NCBI GenBank assembly: GCA_963699545.1
Contig: CAVOUE010000005.1
Span: 224,001-288,000 of the forward strand
DNA: 64,000 nucleotides
Direction of reading: 5' to 3'
From: Nitrospirota bacterium
Lineage (GTDB): Bacteria; Nitrospirota; Thermodesulfovibrionia; Thermodesulfovibrionales; UBA9159
Program-made: the position numbers and the translations under genes
Shown: piece by piece, positions 11,120-21,864 of the stretch
Layout: each line of letters starts with the position of its first letter
How positions within the stretch are numbered: position 1 is the stretch's first letter
Notes under the pieces: generated by a model
What the model saw: the letters and a program-made list of their open reading frames with translations, nothing else
Told to the model about the DNA's origin: nothing
Database searches by the model: none

Positions 11120-11269
11120 CATTAACAAAAAGAAGCCCCGGCGTAGCTGGGTAGGTGCTTCTCTATGAGTACTTCCGCTTATAGCCCGGAATAGGATTGT
11201 GCACTTGCTAAGCGTTTGTTACTGTGAGCAGTTGCTATCGCAGCGCTCATCATTGAAGGCTACCTTACA

Positions 11270-12103
11270 TTACCTCACTATCTTCATGCTGATATCCGCC
11301 GCAGGCGCAGAGTGCGTAAGGGCGCCGACCGATATGAGATCCACCCCTGTCTCGGCAACATCGCGGACCCTTTCGAGGCTCATATTGCCGGAGGCCTCAA
11401 GAATGGCCTTCCCCTTCGCCATTTTCACGGCCTCTTTCATCTCCTCAACCGACATATTGTCGAGCATCACAACATCCGCACCGGCTGAAAGGGCATCTTC
11501 GAGGCCTTTGAGACTCTCCACCTCGACCTCGATCTTCGAGAGGTGATGGGCTTGTTTTGCGGAAGCAACAGCAGCGGGTATGCCTCCCGCGGCCTGGATA
11601 TGGTTGTCCTTTATCAAAATACCGTCAAAAAGTCCGAAACGGTGATTACCGCCGCCCCCCATCCTCACGGCGTATTTCTCCATGAATCTCAGCCCCGGGG
11701 TTGTCTTTCTCGTGTCTACGATCCTCACGGCGGTGCCCTTCACCTTTTCCACAAAGGTCCGGGTGAGCGTGGCGATCCCGCTGAGTCGCTGCAGAATGTT
11801 AAGGCCCACGCGCTCGCTCGAAAGAAGGGACCTTGTACTTCCCGCGATCTCGGCGATGATGTCGTCCTTTGTCGCCTGCGACCCTTCTTCGCGGAAGATC
11901 TTCAACTCCGTCCCTGCATCCATGATACGGAATACCTCAGCAGCAAAGGGCATTCCCGCGACGATGAAGTCTCCTTTTGCCACAAGCAATGCCCTTGATC
12001 GGTGACCTTCCGGGATGGTGAACGAGGTGGTGATATCGTCTGGGCCGATGTCCTCTTCGAGGGCACGACGAAGAGTGTTTCTTACACTAAAGGGTATATG
12101 CAT
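11270..12103 (-). CDS. nadC: nicotinate-nucleotide diphosphorylase (carboxylating)
   Basis: EEDIG, ERVGLN, DTRKTTPG, NHRFGL, IKDNH, MLDNM and EASG motifs. Confidence 0.95.
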   Translation of the reverse strand: MHIPFSVRNTLRRALEEDIGPDDITTSFTIPEGHRSRALLVAKGDFIVAGMPFAAEVFRIMDAGTELKIFREEGSQATKDDIIAEIAGSTRSLLSSERVGLNILQRLSGIATLTRTFVEKVKGTAVRIVDTRKTTPGLRFMEKYAVRMGGGGNHRFGLFDGILIKDNHIQAAGGIPAAVASAKQAHHLSKIEVEVESLKGLEDALSAGADVVMLDNMSVEEMKEAVKMAKGKAILEASGNMSLERVRDVAETGVDLISVGALTHSAPAADISMKIVR

Positions 12104-12176
12104 TCTTATCAAAATAGTAAATTCAAGTGCCTAATCCCGACGCTGAACTTCGGGTTTGCTGGTTTCTTCCTTTGGA

Positions 12177-12242
12177 TGTCATTCCTGCGAAAGCAGGAAT
12201 CCAGAAGAAAAGACTGGATTCCGCATCAAGTGCGGAATGACA
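12177..12242. repeat. REP doublet (TGTCATTCCTGCGAAAGCAGGAATCCAG ... CTGGATTCCGCATCAAGTGCGGAATGACA)
   Basis: Two internal palindromes in inverted orientation with shared GTCATTCC/GGAATGAC ends. Confidence 0.8.
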
Positions 12243-12282
12243 ACTTTGAGGACCTCTCATCGTTTCCCTGTTCTCTATGGTC

Positions 12283-12768
12283 TTACCGTCTCCTGAACAG
12301 CGAAAGGAAGCCCAGCGCGCCCCCGATGACCGCTCCGAGGGCGAGGGCAGATCTCCAGTCAAGGAGGGTGGTGACGTCCCCCTCCACCGTATTCGCTATC
12401 ATCAGGAGCGAAGAGGCATTGTCCGCCTTTATCGTCCCGGCTCCCATGATCCCCACCGCGCTCCTCTCAACAACGACGCCGTCCCTGCACAGCAACACGG
12501 GCGCAAGGGAAGAGTTCACCTCCGTGTTGTTCCCCGTGGTGATCAGACTGATGCTCTGGTTGAGATTCACCTCGGATCCGCGGATTATAGCAGCGGTCCC
12601 CTGGGTGACTTCAACCCTCTCACCGTCAATGCTCAGGGCGCCCACCTGCTGCGCCTCCACATGCCCGCCTTCAAGCGCCCTCACACTGCTCTGTCGTATC
12701 GTTATGAACTCTGCCTCGATGAATTCGAGGTCTTCGCCCTCAATCTCCCGTGTACCGGACTCAACCAT
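12283..12768 (-). CDS. hypothetical protein with repetitive beta-strand body and C-terminal TM anchor ending RRR
   Basis: Start overlaps the valS stop. Val/Ile/Gly-rich periodic sequence with a hydrophobic C-terminus. Confidence 0.7.
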   Translation of the reverse strand: MVESGTREIEGEDLEFIEAEFITIRQSSVRALEGGHVEAQQVGALSIDGERVEVTQGTAAIIRGSEVNLNQSISLITTGNNTEVNSSLAPVLLCRDGVVVERSAVGIMGAGTIKADNASSLLMIANTVEGDVTTLLDWRSALALGAVIGGALGFLSLFRRR

Positions 12769-15497
12769 TTTTCACCCCCATCTCCTTTAATCTATGAATG
12801 CTTCCTTCAAGCCTCTCATCCTTCAGGACCAGTTCCTGGAACTTTGCCCGCTCCTTCTCGACCACTTCCGTCGGCGCCCGCTTCAGAAAGTCTTCGCTCT
12901 GAAGTTTCCTGTTCAGGAAACCCAGAGACTCCGCTATCTTCATCTTCTCTTTCATCAGTCTTCCGACTTCCTCGTCAATATTCAACAGCCCTTCCACAGG
13001 GATATACAGTTCAAAGGAGTCTCTGACCCCCGTTGCAGCACCCTTTGGCTTTTCAAGGTTCCTTCCTATGGTGACCTCCCCCGCTCTTGCAAGGCGCTGA
13101 ACAAGGGGCAGGTTATCCCTCAGGATCTCTCCTGCTCCGTCCTTGAAGATCTTTACAAGAACCTTCACTTCCGCAGCCGGGGGGATGTTGAGCTCCCCCC
13201 TGATATTTCTTATGCCCGTTACCGCTTCAATGATGCATGCCACTTCTTCTTCAGCCCGAAGGTCCCGGGGGAGCTTTTCGGGGTATGGCGCGATAACGAT
13301 GCTGTCGGGGCTCTCCGTCATATGCTTCTTTATGGTCTGCCATATCTCCTCGGTGACAAAGGGCATAAAGGGATGGAGCAGCCTCAGGGAATGGTCAAGG
13401 ACTGCGATGAGGCAGGCAATGGTCCCCGCGCTGTTCTCCGACCTGTTGTAGATGGCATGTTTCGACATCTCTATGTACCAGTCGCAGAATTCATGCCATA
13501 CGAACTGGTAGATGCTGTTCGCCGCGTCATTGAACCGGTATTCTCCCAGTGAGGCATTGACCTCTTCCACCGTGGCGGCAAGTCTGGACAATATCCACCT
13601 GCTCGAAAGGTCAAGGGATGAACGGTGAACAGCGAGCAATGGTCCCTTGTCCCTGAGCATCACCTCCCTCTCTTCAGCCTCGACCGTCCCAATGTTCATG
13701 GTGATGAACCGTGCGGCATTCCATAACTTGTTCACGAAGAACCGGTATCCTTCAACCCTCTCCTCAGCGAACCGTATGTCCCTTCCCTGGGCGGCAAACG
13801 CCGCAAGGGTGAACCTGAAGGCATCGGTCCCGTACTTGTCGATAATGATGAGAGGATCGACCACGTTCCCCCTGGACTTCGACATCTTTTCTCCCCTTGA
13901 ATCCCTCACCAGGGCGTGGATATAAACGTCCCTGAAGGGGACGTCGCCCATGAACTTCAATCCCATCATGATCATCCTCGCAACCCAGAAAAAGAGGATA
14001 TCAAAGGCAGTGACCAGCACGCTGGTGGGATAGAATGTCCTGAGGTCATCTGTTGCATCGGGCCAGCCCAATGTGGAGAACGGCCAGAGGGCAGACGAGA
14101 ACCATGTGTCAAGAACATCCTCGTCCTGGCGCAGCGTCCCGCTGCCGCACCTCCTACAGGCCGTCGGTGTTCTCCCGGGAGACGTTGATCTCTCCGCATT
14201 CATCACAGTACCACACCGGGATCCTGTGTCCCCACCATATCTGGCGGGAGATGCACCAATCCCTGATATTCTCCATCCATGCAAAGTAGGTGTTCTCCCA
14301 CGATGAGGGGATGATCCTGATCTTCCCCTCCCGCACCGCGGTCACCGCTGCCTCGGCAAGAGGTCTTGTACTTACGTACCACTGCAGCGTGGATAATGGT
14401 TCAATGATGGTCTTGCACCGGTAGCAGTGTCCCACGGAATGATGGTGTTTTTCTTCCTTTTCGACCAGACCCAGGGCATTCAGGTCTTCCATTACCTTCT
14501 TCCTGCACGCATACCGGTCCATGCCGGAATACACTGACCCGGCCTCAGCGGTCATCTTCCCGTCAGCACCGATGACCGTAATGAACGGGAGGGGCGGATC
14601 CTGACGCCTGGCCATCGCTTCGTCGTTGAAGTCGTGGGCGGGTGTCACCTTCACCGCACCCGTGCCGAAGGACTGCTCCACCGCGCTGTCCGCAATGACC
14701 GCTATCCGGCGGCTCGTCAGGGGAAGGTCTATGCTCTTGCCTACGACATTCGTATACCGTTCATCTTCAGGGTTCACCGCAACCGCGCTATCTCCCAGCA
14801 TGGTCTCAGGTCTCGTGGTGGCGACCACCAGATACCCCCCCGTTTTCCCCCCCTTGCCAAGGGGGGGAGATGGGGGGGTGAAGGGATATCGGATATAGGT
14901 GAGAATGCCGTCGATCTCTTCATGTTCCACTTCGAGGTCGGAAAGGGCCGTGCGGCACCGGGGACACCAGTTGATAAGCCTTTTGTCCCTGTAGATAAGC
15001 CCCTCTTCATAGAGTCTGACAAAGACCTCACGCACCGCTCTCGAAAGCCCTTCATCCAGGGTGAACCTCTCCCGCGACCAGTCACAGGACGCGCCGAGAC
15101 TTTTCAACTGGTGGATGATCCTCCCGCCGTATTCGGCCTTCCATTTCCAGACCCGTCCGACGAATGCCTCTCTGCCGAGTGCATGTCTGTCAAGTCCTTC
15201 CTTTGCAAGCTGCCTTTCCACAACGTTCTGCGTTGCAATGCCTGCATGGTCGGTGCCGGGGACCCAGAGGGTCCTGACCCCGAGCATACGCTTCCACCGG
15301 ATGAGGATATCCTGCAATGTGGAGTTCAGGGCATGTCCCATATGGAGCGAGCCCGTGACATTAGGGGGAGGGATTACGATGGAATAGGACTTATCTCCTG
15401 AGGGGTTCGGGCTGAAATACCCTTTCTCAAGCCATTCCGCGTACCATTTCTCTTCTACACCTTCAAGATTGTAATGTTTTTCAAGTTTTGTCATCAC
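12761..15497 (-). CDS. valS: valine--tRNA ligase (one +1 frameshift near 14172)
   Basis: PPPNVTGSLHMGHA, ATTRPET, DWCISRQIWWGH, DVLDTWFSS and KMSKS. The two ORFs join on removal of one A (VSRE-TPTAC). Confidence 0.95.
14834..14879. repeat. GC-rich palindrome embedded in-frame in valS
   Basis: ACCCCCCC-GTTTT-CCCCCCC-TTGCCAA-GGGGGGG-AGAT-GGGGGGGT, encoding TPPSPPLGKGGKTGG. Confidence 0.75.
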
Positions 15498-15545
15498 GTA
15501 GAAAGGAAGAATCAGTCGACGACTCTCGGAGGAGAAAGGCTGATT

Positions 15546-16526
15546 CTACAGCTCGGATTTGATTCTCTCTATTTCTCTGGAAATCATGCTCTCTGCAAGC
15601 TCGGGCACCGTCTCCCAGATCACCTTCTCGACTTCCTTTGCAATGGTGGCAAGGGATCCCTTGAGCATCTCCTTCAGGAGCTTCTCCACCAGTTCAGGCG
15701 CCACCTCCCACAGGACCTTCTCTGCAGAATCCTTGAGGGAAGGCGCAAGGGATGAAGACACGATCTCTTTCATGTCGATGGAAGAGAGTAATGCGGATAT
15801 CTTCTCATCGACCGACCGCCTGAATATCTCTGCCGCCTTTTCTGCCGACATGACCTCGACACCCGGAACAACAGCAGCAGGTCTCCCGGCAACAGGTCTG
15901 TCAGCCTCCTCTTCCTCAATTATCTTATCGATCTCGGCCTCTTCCTCGGAGCCCTCAGTAAACGCAAAGCCCTCTGAGGTGGCAACCTCTTCCAGGGGGG
16001 TCTCAGCGAGATCAAGCGGGGTCTCCTCGGCAAGCCCTTCCACAGCCATGGTTTCCGATGAGAGTTCCTCCATTGCCCAGAGGTCTTCATCCGTCACCAC
16101 ATCCTCAATAGCTTCCACCGCCGCTTCCTCTTCTGCAGGGGCGCCCCTCTCCATCTCCTCCGCAGCGATCACCGCATTGATTTTGCTTATTAATTCCTGC
16201 GATTCAAAGGGTTTGATGATATAGTCCTCAGCGCCTACATTCCTTGCCAGCTCTTCATCGAGGGGCTCAAAGGCGCCCGCGAGGAGAATGACAGGGATGC
16301 CCCTTGTATCGGGATCGGCCTTTATTTTATCGCAGAGCTGGTATCCGTTCATCTTGGGCATATCGATGTCAGCCAGGACCACATCCGGATTGAATTTCCC
16401 TACCACAGCCAGGGCCTCCTCACCGTTATTCGTAGCCTTGATATCAAAGCCCTCTTCAGCGAGGACGAGTTCGACCACTTTTTGTATCGTGATACTGTCA
16501 TCAGCAAGGAGAAGTTTACGTGCCAT
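15546..16526 (-). CDS. romR: RomR-like response regulator (receiver, acidic linker, WEVxPELAE C-terminal motif)
   Basis: LLADDSITIQKVV receiver and C-terminal EKVIWETVPELAESMISREIER. Adjacent to valS, as recalled for Myxococcus romR. Confidence 0.65.
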   Translation of the reverse strand: MARKLLLADDSITIQKVVELVLAEEGFDIKATNNGEEALAVVGKFNPDVVLADIDMPKMNGYQLCDKIKADPDTRGIPVILLAGAFEPLDEELARNVGAEDYIIKPFESQELISKINAVIAAEEMERGAPAEEEAAVEAIEDVVTDEDLWAMEELSSETMAVEGLAEETPLDLAETPLEEVATSEGFAFTEGSEEEAEIDKIIEEEEADRPVAGRPAAVVPGVEVMSAEKAAEIFRRSVDEKISALLSSIDMKEIVSSSLAPSLKDSAEKVLWEVAPELVEKLLKEMLKGSLATIAKEVEKVIWETVPELAESMISREIERIKSEL

Positions 16527-16653
16527 TTTTCCTTCCCTCTGGGGAGCGATCCCTAAAAAAAAGATAGTGAGCAAAGGGACAATGTCCCTCGTAAGCCGTC
16601 AGCCAAATTGTATTGCTACAGGAAGGAAAAGTCAAGAATTTTCTCATGGGAGA

Positions 16654-16672
16654 GCCGAACCGACGGTTCAGC
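16654..16672 (-). promoter_or_regulatory. candidate bacterial SECIS hairpin (GCUGAACC-GUC-GGUUCGGC)
   Basis: 8-bp stem with a G-initiated loop 21 nt 3' of the in-frame UGA at 16688-16686. No U-tract follows. Confidence 0.5.
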
Positions 16673-16893
16673 AGGAAGTGACTCCTCAGCCTCCGCCTCC
16701 GCCGAAACGGGGGGAAGATGACGAGGATGACGATGGAGCGTTCCCCGGTGCGCAGCAGAACGAGGAGAACCTTCTTCTTCACGTCATTCGAACCGCAGCC
16801 GGGACAGCACGTCTCCTTTTCAGTGGCGCCCATCTTTTGCAAAGCAGAGAAGATGTTGTTGCATTTTATACAGAGATACTCATATATCGGCAT
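16668..16893 (-). CDS. FmdB-family zinc ribbon protein, probable selenoprotein (one +1 frameshift near 16770)
   Basis: MPIYEYLCIKC...CPGCGS. The corrected tail reads SSFCCAPGNAPSSSSSSSPRFGGGGG-UGA-GVTSC-stop. Confidence 0.7.
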
Positions 16894-16975
16894 TTCAAAC
16901 CTCCATGATTCTTTGCGGTAACGCTGAACTATTTTACAATAATCGGCGGCTCGGCGTCAAAAAAAATTGCACAAG

Positions 16976-17035
16976 GGGGACTGTCCCTGATTTACGGACA
17001 GAGCAAAGCGGAGTCGTAGAATCGGGACTGTCCCC
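16976..17035. repeat. REP-like doublet with two GGGACTGTCCC cores forming a long hairpin
   Basis: GGGGACTGTCCCTGATTTACG...CGTAGAATCGGGACTGTCCCC, intergenic. Confidence 0.7.
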
Positions 17036-17052
17036 GGAAGAATCAGAGCCTC

Positions 17053-17859
17053 CTATCCCACCATCATCACACCCAGTGTATCGCCAACCTTGAGTTCGAA
17101 CTGCTTTGAGGCATTCCCCCTGTAAACAAAGAGCTCCAGGTAATTCATGCTGTTGACCAGGGCATAGAGATCCTTGTCTTCTGCCTGACCGTAATGGTCT
17201 TTCATTGCGATCTCTCTGCCTTTGGCGACGATCTTCAGCTTCCCATCCGGTTTTGCATTGCGGAGCTCGTCAAGGTACCCCGACCTGATGTTCGTGATGG
17301 CGTTGCCGAAATGATCCACGTGCATGATCTCCCCTTCCACTGCCGTCTTTGTCGGCATGGTGGGGATCGGGAAAGAAAGCTTCACAAAATTCGTTATGGG
17401 CTCGCCGAAGTTCGAGGAAGCAACACCCCTGGACAGCCACGCCGCTACGGGGGAGAATATATCCCTCGCGTGGAACGTCGCACTCCTGTCACGCAGGAAA
17501 TAATGGTCCGCAGTGATGTGGATGACCTCAAAACGCTCGCTCTCGTTGTAGACGACCGAGAATATACCGTTATCAGGACCGACAAAGTAATGGTTCTCGG
17601 TCACCACAAGAATCGGCCTTCTGGAGGACCCTACTCCCGGATCTGTTACTGCAACGTGGATGGTCCGCGGGGGAAACTGCCGGTAACTCATCCCAACGAT
17701 AAGGGCGGCTTCTCTGACGTTGTATTTGCTTATGCCATGCGTTATATCCACAATATTCGTTTCCGGGTTAATGCTCAGGATAGCCCCCTTCATGATCCCG
17801 CTCAAAGGGTCCCTATATCCGAAATCTGTCGAGAGAGTGATGATGGGAATAGTCTTCAT
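17053..17859 (-). CDS. SAM-dependent chlorinase/fluorinase-like (DUF62, SAM hydroxide adenosyltransferase)
   Basis: [35 protein letters not shown] and DHFGN motifs. Confidence 0.9.
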   Translation of the reverse strand: MKTIPIITLSTDFGYRDPLSGIMKGAILSINPETNIVDITHGISKYNVREAALIVGMSYRQFPPRTIHVAVTDPGVGSSRRPILVVTENHYFVGPDNGIFSVVYNESERFEVIHITADHYFLRDRSATFHARDIFSPVAAWLSRGVASSNFGEPITNFVKLSFPIPTMPTKTAVEGEIMHVDHFGNAITNIRSGYLDELRNAKPDGKLKIVAKGREIAMKDHYGQAEDKDLYALVNSMNYLELFVYRGNASKQFELKVGDTLGVMMVG

Positions 17860-18761
17860 ATCATGCCTCCTGTCATCTCCTTGACATCCGCAATCCCGTT
17901 CTCCCTCATATAAGCCTCTATCCCCGAAAGTATATCAATGGTCGCTCTTGGGTTGATGAAATTCGCCGTTCCCACCGCCACCGCTGTGGCGCCGGCAAGC
18001 AGAAACTCAACGGCATCATCGCTGCTCATTATTCCGCCCATGCCGATAACAGGGACCTTCACCGCCCGGTAAACCTCCCACACCATCCTCAGCGCAACGG
18101 GTTTCACCGCAGGCCCCGAAAGACCGCCGGTGATGTTCGCAAGCTTCGGCCTCCTCGTCTTTACGTCAATGGCAAGGCCGCTCAGGGTATTTATAAGGGA
18201 TACCGCATCAGCGCCGGCATCTTCTGCCACCCTCGCCATAAGGGCAATATCAGTCACATTGGGCGACAGCTTGACAATGAGGGTCAGCTCCGTGGACCTC
18301 CTCACCGCCCTCACTACATTGAACGTGACCGTGGGGTCCGTGCCGAAGACGCACCAACCCGCCTGCTTGTTGGGACAAGAGATATTCATCTCAAGACCGC
18401 CTACACCTTCTGCAGCGCTCAGCCGTTTGGCCGCCTCTGCATATTCGTCGATGGAGTCGCCGAAGAAATTAACGATCACGGGAGTACGAAATCTTTTCAG
18501 GAAAGGGAGTTTGTCCTGGACAAACCTCTCGATGCCGATATTCTGGAGGCCGATGGCATTGAGCACACCGGCAGGGGTTTCTATGATGCGGGGAGGAGGA
18601 TTCCCTTCCTTGGGAGTGAGAGAGAGTCCCTTCACCACCACTGCCCCAAGTCTGTTGATGTCGATGAACTCGGAATACTCCTCCCCGTACCCGAAGGTGC
18701 CCGAGGCCGTCATCACCGGGTTCTTGAGTTTCAGCTTGCCTATGGTCACTGATACATTCAT
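17856..18761 (-). CDS. pyrD: dihydroorotate dehydrogenase, catalytic subunit (family 1B)
   Basis: [31 protein letters not shown] and GGLSG motifs. Confidence 0.95.
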   Translation of the reverse strand: MNVSVTIGKLKLKNPVMTASGTFGYGEEYSEFIDINRLGAVVVKGLSLTPKEGNPPPRIIETPAGVLNAIGLQNIGIERFVQDKLPFLKRFRTPVIVNFFGDSIDEYAEAAKRLSAAEGVGGLEMNISCPNKQAGWCVFGTDPTVTFNVVRAVRRSTELTLIVKLSPNVTDIALMARVAEDAGADAVSLINTLSGLAIDVKTRRPKLANITGGLSGPAVKPVALRMVWEVYRAVKVPVIGMGGIMSSDDAVEFLLAGATAVAVGTANFINPRATIDILSGIEAYMRENGIADVKEMTGGMI

Positions 18762-18762
18762 G

Positions 18763-19539
18763 CTACCAAACTATCTCCCTGGCATTAAACACCGGTCCTT
18801 CCTTGCATACCCTCTTATGCCCGCTCACAGTCTTCACCACGCAGCCGAGACACGCGCCGATGCCGCAGGCCATATTCTCCTCCATTGATACATATGCCTC
18901 AATCCCCTTGCCTGCAGCAATCCTTGCCACGATCTCGAGCATCTTCCGCGGACCGCATGCATAGATAACCATATCTCTCTCCATTGAAGCGCCCGACGAA
19001 AAAACGCTGAATACGTCCGTAATACATCCCCGGTCTCCGCACGAGCCGTCATCAGTGGTGAGTGAGAGTCTCTTCGCAACCTTCTTGAGAGCGCCTGCCA
19101 TAAGGAGGTCGCTTGCACCCCTTGCCCCGTAGTATATGTGAGCCTTATTCTTCGCCACGGCAAGCCGCTCCGCCAGGGAGAAGACCGATGCGATACCTAT
19201 CCCCCCCGCCACGATCACCGGTGTGTGATCCTTCGGCGGGACAGGATACGGATTCCCCAGGGGACCAAGCACATGGATCACAGAGCCTCGACCCAGATTT
19301 CTCATAAGCGCTGTTCCCCTCCCCCGTACCCTGTAGAGGATCTGGAAACCCCTGGGCGTGCGCCTGAAAAGACTGAACGGCCTCTTGAGGAGAGGGTCGT
19401 AGTCTCCTTCCATGCCGATCATAAAAAACTGTCCCGGTTTCGCTTCTGCGGCTTTCCTTAAGGGAACAAACGTGAGGAGGTTGTAATCGTTGTTGAGTTT
19501 CCTGTTCTCTGTGATCTCTGCCCTGAAGTATCTACTCAA
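18763..19539 (-). CDS. pyrK: dihydroorotate dehydrogenase electron transfer subunit
   Basis: PGQF, RPFS, GPLGN, GGIG and [11 protein letters not shown]...VCKEGPVF. Confidence 0.92.
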   Translation of the reverse strand: MSRYFRAEITENRKLNNDYNLLTFVPLRKAAEAKPGQFFMIGMEGDYDPLLKRPFSLFRRTPRGFQILYRVRGRGTALMRNLGRGSVIHVLGPLGNPYPVPPKDHTPVIVAGGIGIASVFSLAERLAVAKNKAHIYYGARGASDLLMAGALKKVAKRLSLTTDDGSCGDRGCITDVFSVFSSGASMERDMVIYACGPRKMLEIVARIAAGKGIEAYVSMEENMACGIGACLGCVVKTVSGHKRVCKEGPVFNAREIVW

Positions 19540-20008
19540 AGCTTATCTCTAATATCTCATATTCCATAGTGCGCGCAGGGGCCTTGATCACCACCGAATC
19601 GCCCACCTCTTTCCCGAGCAATGCCTTTCCCACGGGAGAGCTTATGGATATCTTCCCCTGTTTCACGTCCGCCTCTTCGACGCCCACCAGGATAAAGACA
19701 TATTCCTCGTCCGCCCCTATATCCAGCACCTTCACCTTTGCTCCAAACCCGGCCCTGGACTGGTTTATCTTCGAAGGGTCGATCACCTCGGCCAGAGCAA
19801 GTTTCGCCTGGAGCTCCTGTATCCTCCCCTCAAGAAAGGACTGCCGCTCCTTGGCAGCGTGGTATTCGGCATTCTCGGAAAGGTCTCCATGGGCACGCGC
19901 CTCCGCGATGGCCTGTATGTTCTTCGGCCTGTCCACTTTCAGAAGCTTCTCCAGGTCCTCCTTGATCTTCTGCAACCCTTCCGGCGTCACCGGCACTCGC
20001 TTTTGCAT
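19532..20008 (-). CDS. greA: transcription elongation factor GreA
   Basis: ARAHGDLSENAEYHAAKE and ISISSPVGKALLG. Confidence 0.95.
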   Translation of the reverse strand: MQKRVPVTPEGLQKIKEDLEKLLKVDRPKNIQAIAEARAHGDLSENAEYHAAKERQSFLEGRIQELQAKLALAEVIDPSKINQSRAGFGAKVKVLDIGADEEYVFILVGVEEADVKQGKISISSPVGKALLGKEVGDSVVIKAPARTMEYEILEISFE

Positions 20009-20156
20009 TTCCCCTCTCCCTGACAATTGATGAAATAATTTAACACTTTCACCAAAGATTTTCAAAGTTCAAAGACATCTCTTGACTAAACAGGGTGTAT
20101 AAATTACTCTAACGGAAAAGAAATGTGAGCGTCCATCGGAGCAGCGAGGAGGATAA

Positions 20157-21849
20157 ATGCGTTACTCGACAATGTTCATTCCGACCCTGAGGGAGACCCC
20201 CTCTGAAACCGAGTCGATAAGCCACATATTGATGCTGCGGGCGGGCTTTGTGAGGCAGCTTGCCTCAGGGTTGTATATATTTCTTCCCCTCGGCTGGAGG
20301 GTCATGAACAAGATCACTGCGATCCTGAGGGAAGAGATGGATGCCATAGGCGCACAGGAGATATCCATGCCGGTGCTCCACCCTGCCGAGATCTGGCAGC
20401 AGACCGGCAGGTGGGACGCCATCGGTGACGAAATGTTCAGGTTGAAGGACCGGACCGGACGGGACATGTGCCTGGGGATGACCCATGAGGAGATCATGAC
20501 GTGGCTCGCGTCCAGGGAGATCAGGTCATACAGGGACCTTCCCCAGATATGGTACCAGATACAGACAAAGCTCAGGGATGAGGCAAGGCCGAAGAGCGGG
20601 GTGCTGAGGACGCGTGAATTCGTCATGAAAGACAGCTACAGCTTTGATGTGTCCGAAGAAGGCCTCCGGAAGAACTACGAACTCCATGCAAATGCATACC
20701 ACCGGATCTTTGCCCGCTGCGGCCTGAAATTCTCGATGGTGGAGTCGGACCCCGGCATGATGGGAGGGGCGATCTCTCATGAGTTCATGGCCCCCAGTCC
20801 TGCAGGGGAAGATGAGATAGCGTTATGCGACCAATGCGGATATTCGGCAAATGTGGAGCTGGCGGTCTCAATCCCGGTCAGCAATGAGCCCAGGGAATGG
20901 ACATTAGAGGAGGTCCATACTCCGGACAAGAGGACGGTGGTGGAGGTTTCGAATTTTCTGAAGCTTCCCGCCTCATATTTCATAAAGAGCATTCTCGTCA
21001 TCGGGGATCAGGGCCCTGTCCTCGCTCTTGTGCGAGGCGATCAGGAACTGCATGAGAAGAAACTCGCAAAGGCGATCGGCAATCACCGTCCCGCACAGAA
21101 AACAGAGGTGAAAGAGATCCTTGGCGTGGAGGCAGGGTTCATCGGCCCCGTGGGACGGACGATAAGGACCATTGCTGATACTGCACTGAAGGAAGGTACA
21201 TATGTGAGCGGCGCCAACAAGCCCCACTATCATCTCAGGGGGATAGCACCGGGAAAGGATTTTTCTGCCGGAATGGCTCGACATCCATATCGCGAAGGCA
21301 GGGGACCTCTGCACGAAGTGTGCACGTGCACTTCGGGTCGAACGGGTGATAGAGATCGGAAATATCTTCCAGCTGGGGATCAAGTATTCGAACCCTCTGC
21401 GGGCCTTCTTCCTTGATGAGAGCGGACAGGAGAAACCGATCATCATGGGCAGTTACGGGATCGGTCCGGCCAGGATCGCGGCAGCGGCCGTTGAACAGAA
21501 CAATGACAAGGACGGTATAATTTGGCCAAAGAGCATCTCACCTTTTGATGTACAGCTTCTGCCGCTGAATATGAATGACGCGAAAACCGTGGAGGTGGCT
21601 GAAAAACTCTATGGAGATATCGCGGCGGCAGGGATAGAGGTCCTGATGGATGACCGTGAGGAAAGGGCCGGCGTGAAATTCAAGGACGCGGACCTCATCG
21701 GGATTCCCCTTCAGATCATTCTCGGGGAAAAGAACCTGAAAGACGGCCTTGTGGAGCTTAAGGACAGAAGGACAAAAGAGACAGTGAAAGTGAAGCTCGA
21801 AGAAATTGTCGAAAAGTTGCGGGTTGAAAGAAGCCGCAAAATACTTTAA
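20157..21849 (+). CDS. proS: proline--tRNA ligase (one +1 frameshift near 21270)
   Basis: GMTHEE, RDEARP, REFVMKD, EIGNIFQLG and MGSYGIG. Removing one G restores KDFSAEWLDI. Confidence 0.95.
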
Positions 21850-21864
21850 AAGGAGAGTGCGCTT

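Noticed and set aside
9344-11205. CRISPR array
   Set aside because: The repeats alternate in orientation, spacing is irregular (about 60-1400 nt), and no cas genes are present.
9454-12103. Functional link between the SIR2-like NADase and adjacent nadC
   Set aside because: Convergent orientation and different base composition make the adjacency most simply an insertion-site coincidence.
16516-16893. 125-aa ORF with an Arg-rich tail
   Set aside because: The tail after KKK is an off-frame product of the indel near 16770, and the corrected frame gives a typical FmdB-type tail.
12761-21849. valS and proS as pseudogenes or programmed frameshift genes
   Set aside because: They are essential enzymes with no other decay and no shared slippery motif, and they show the same +1 error pattern as the rest of the window.
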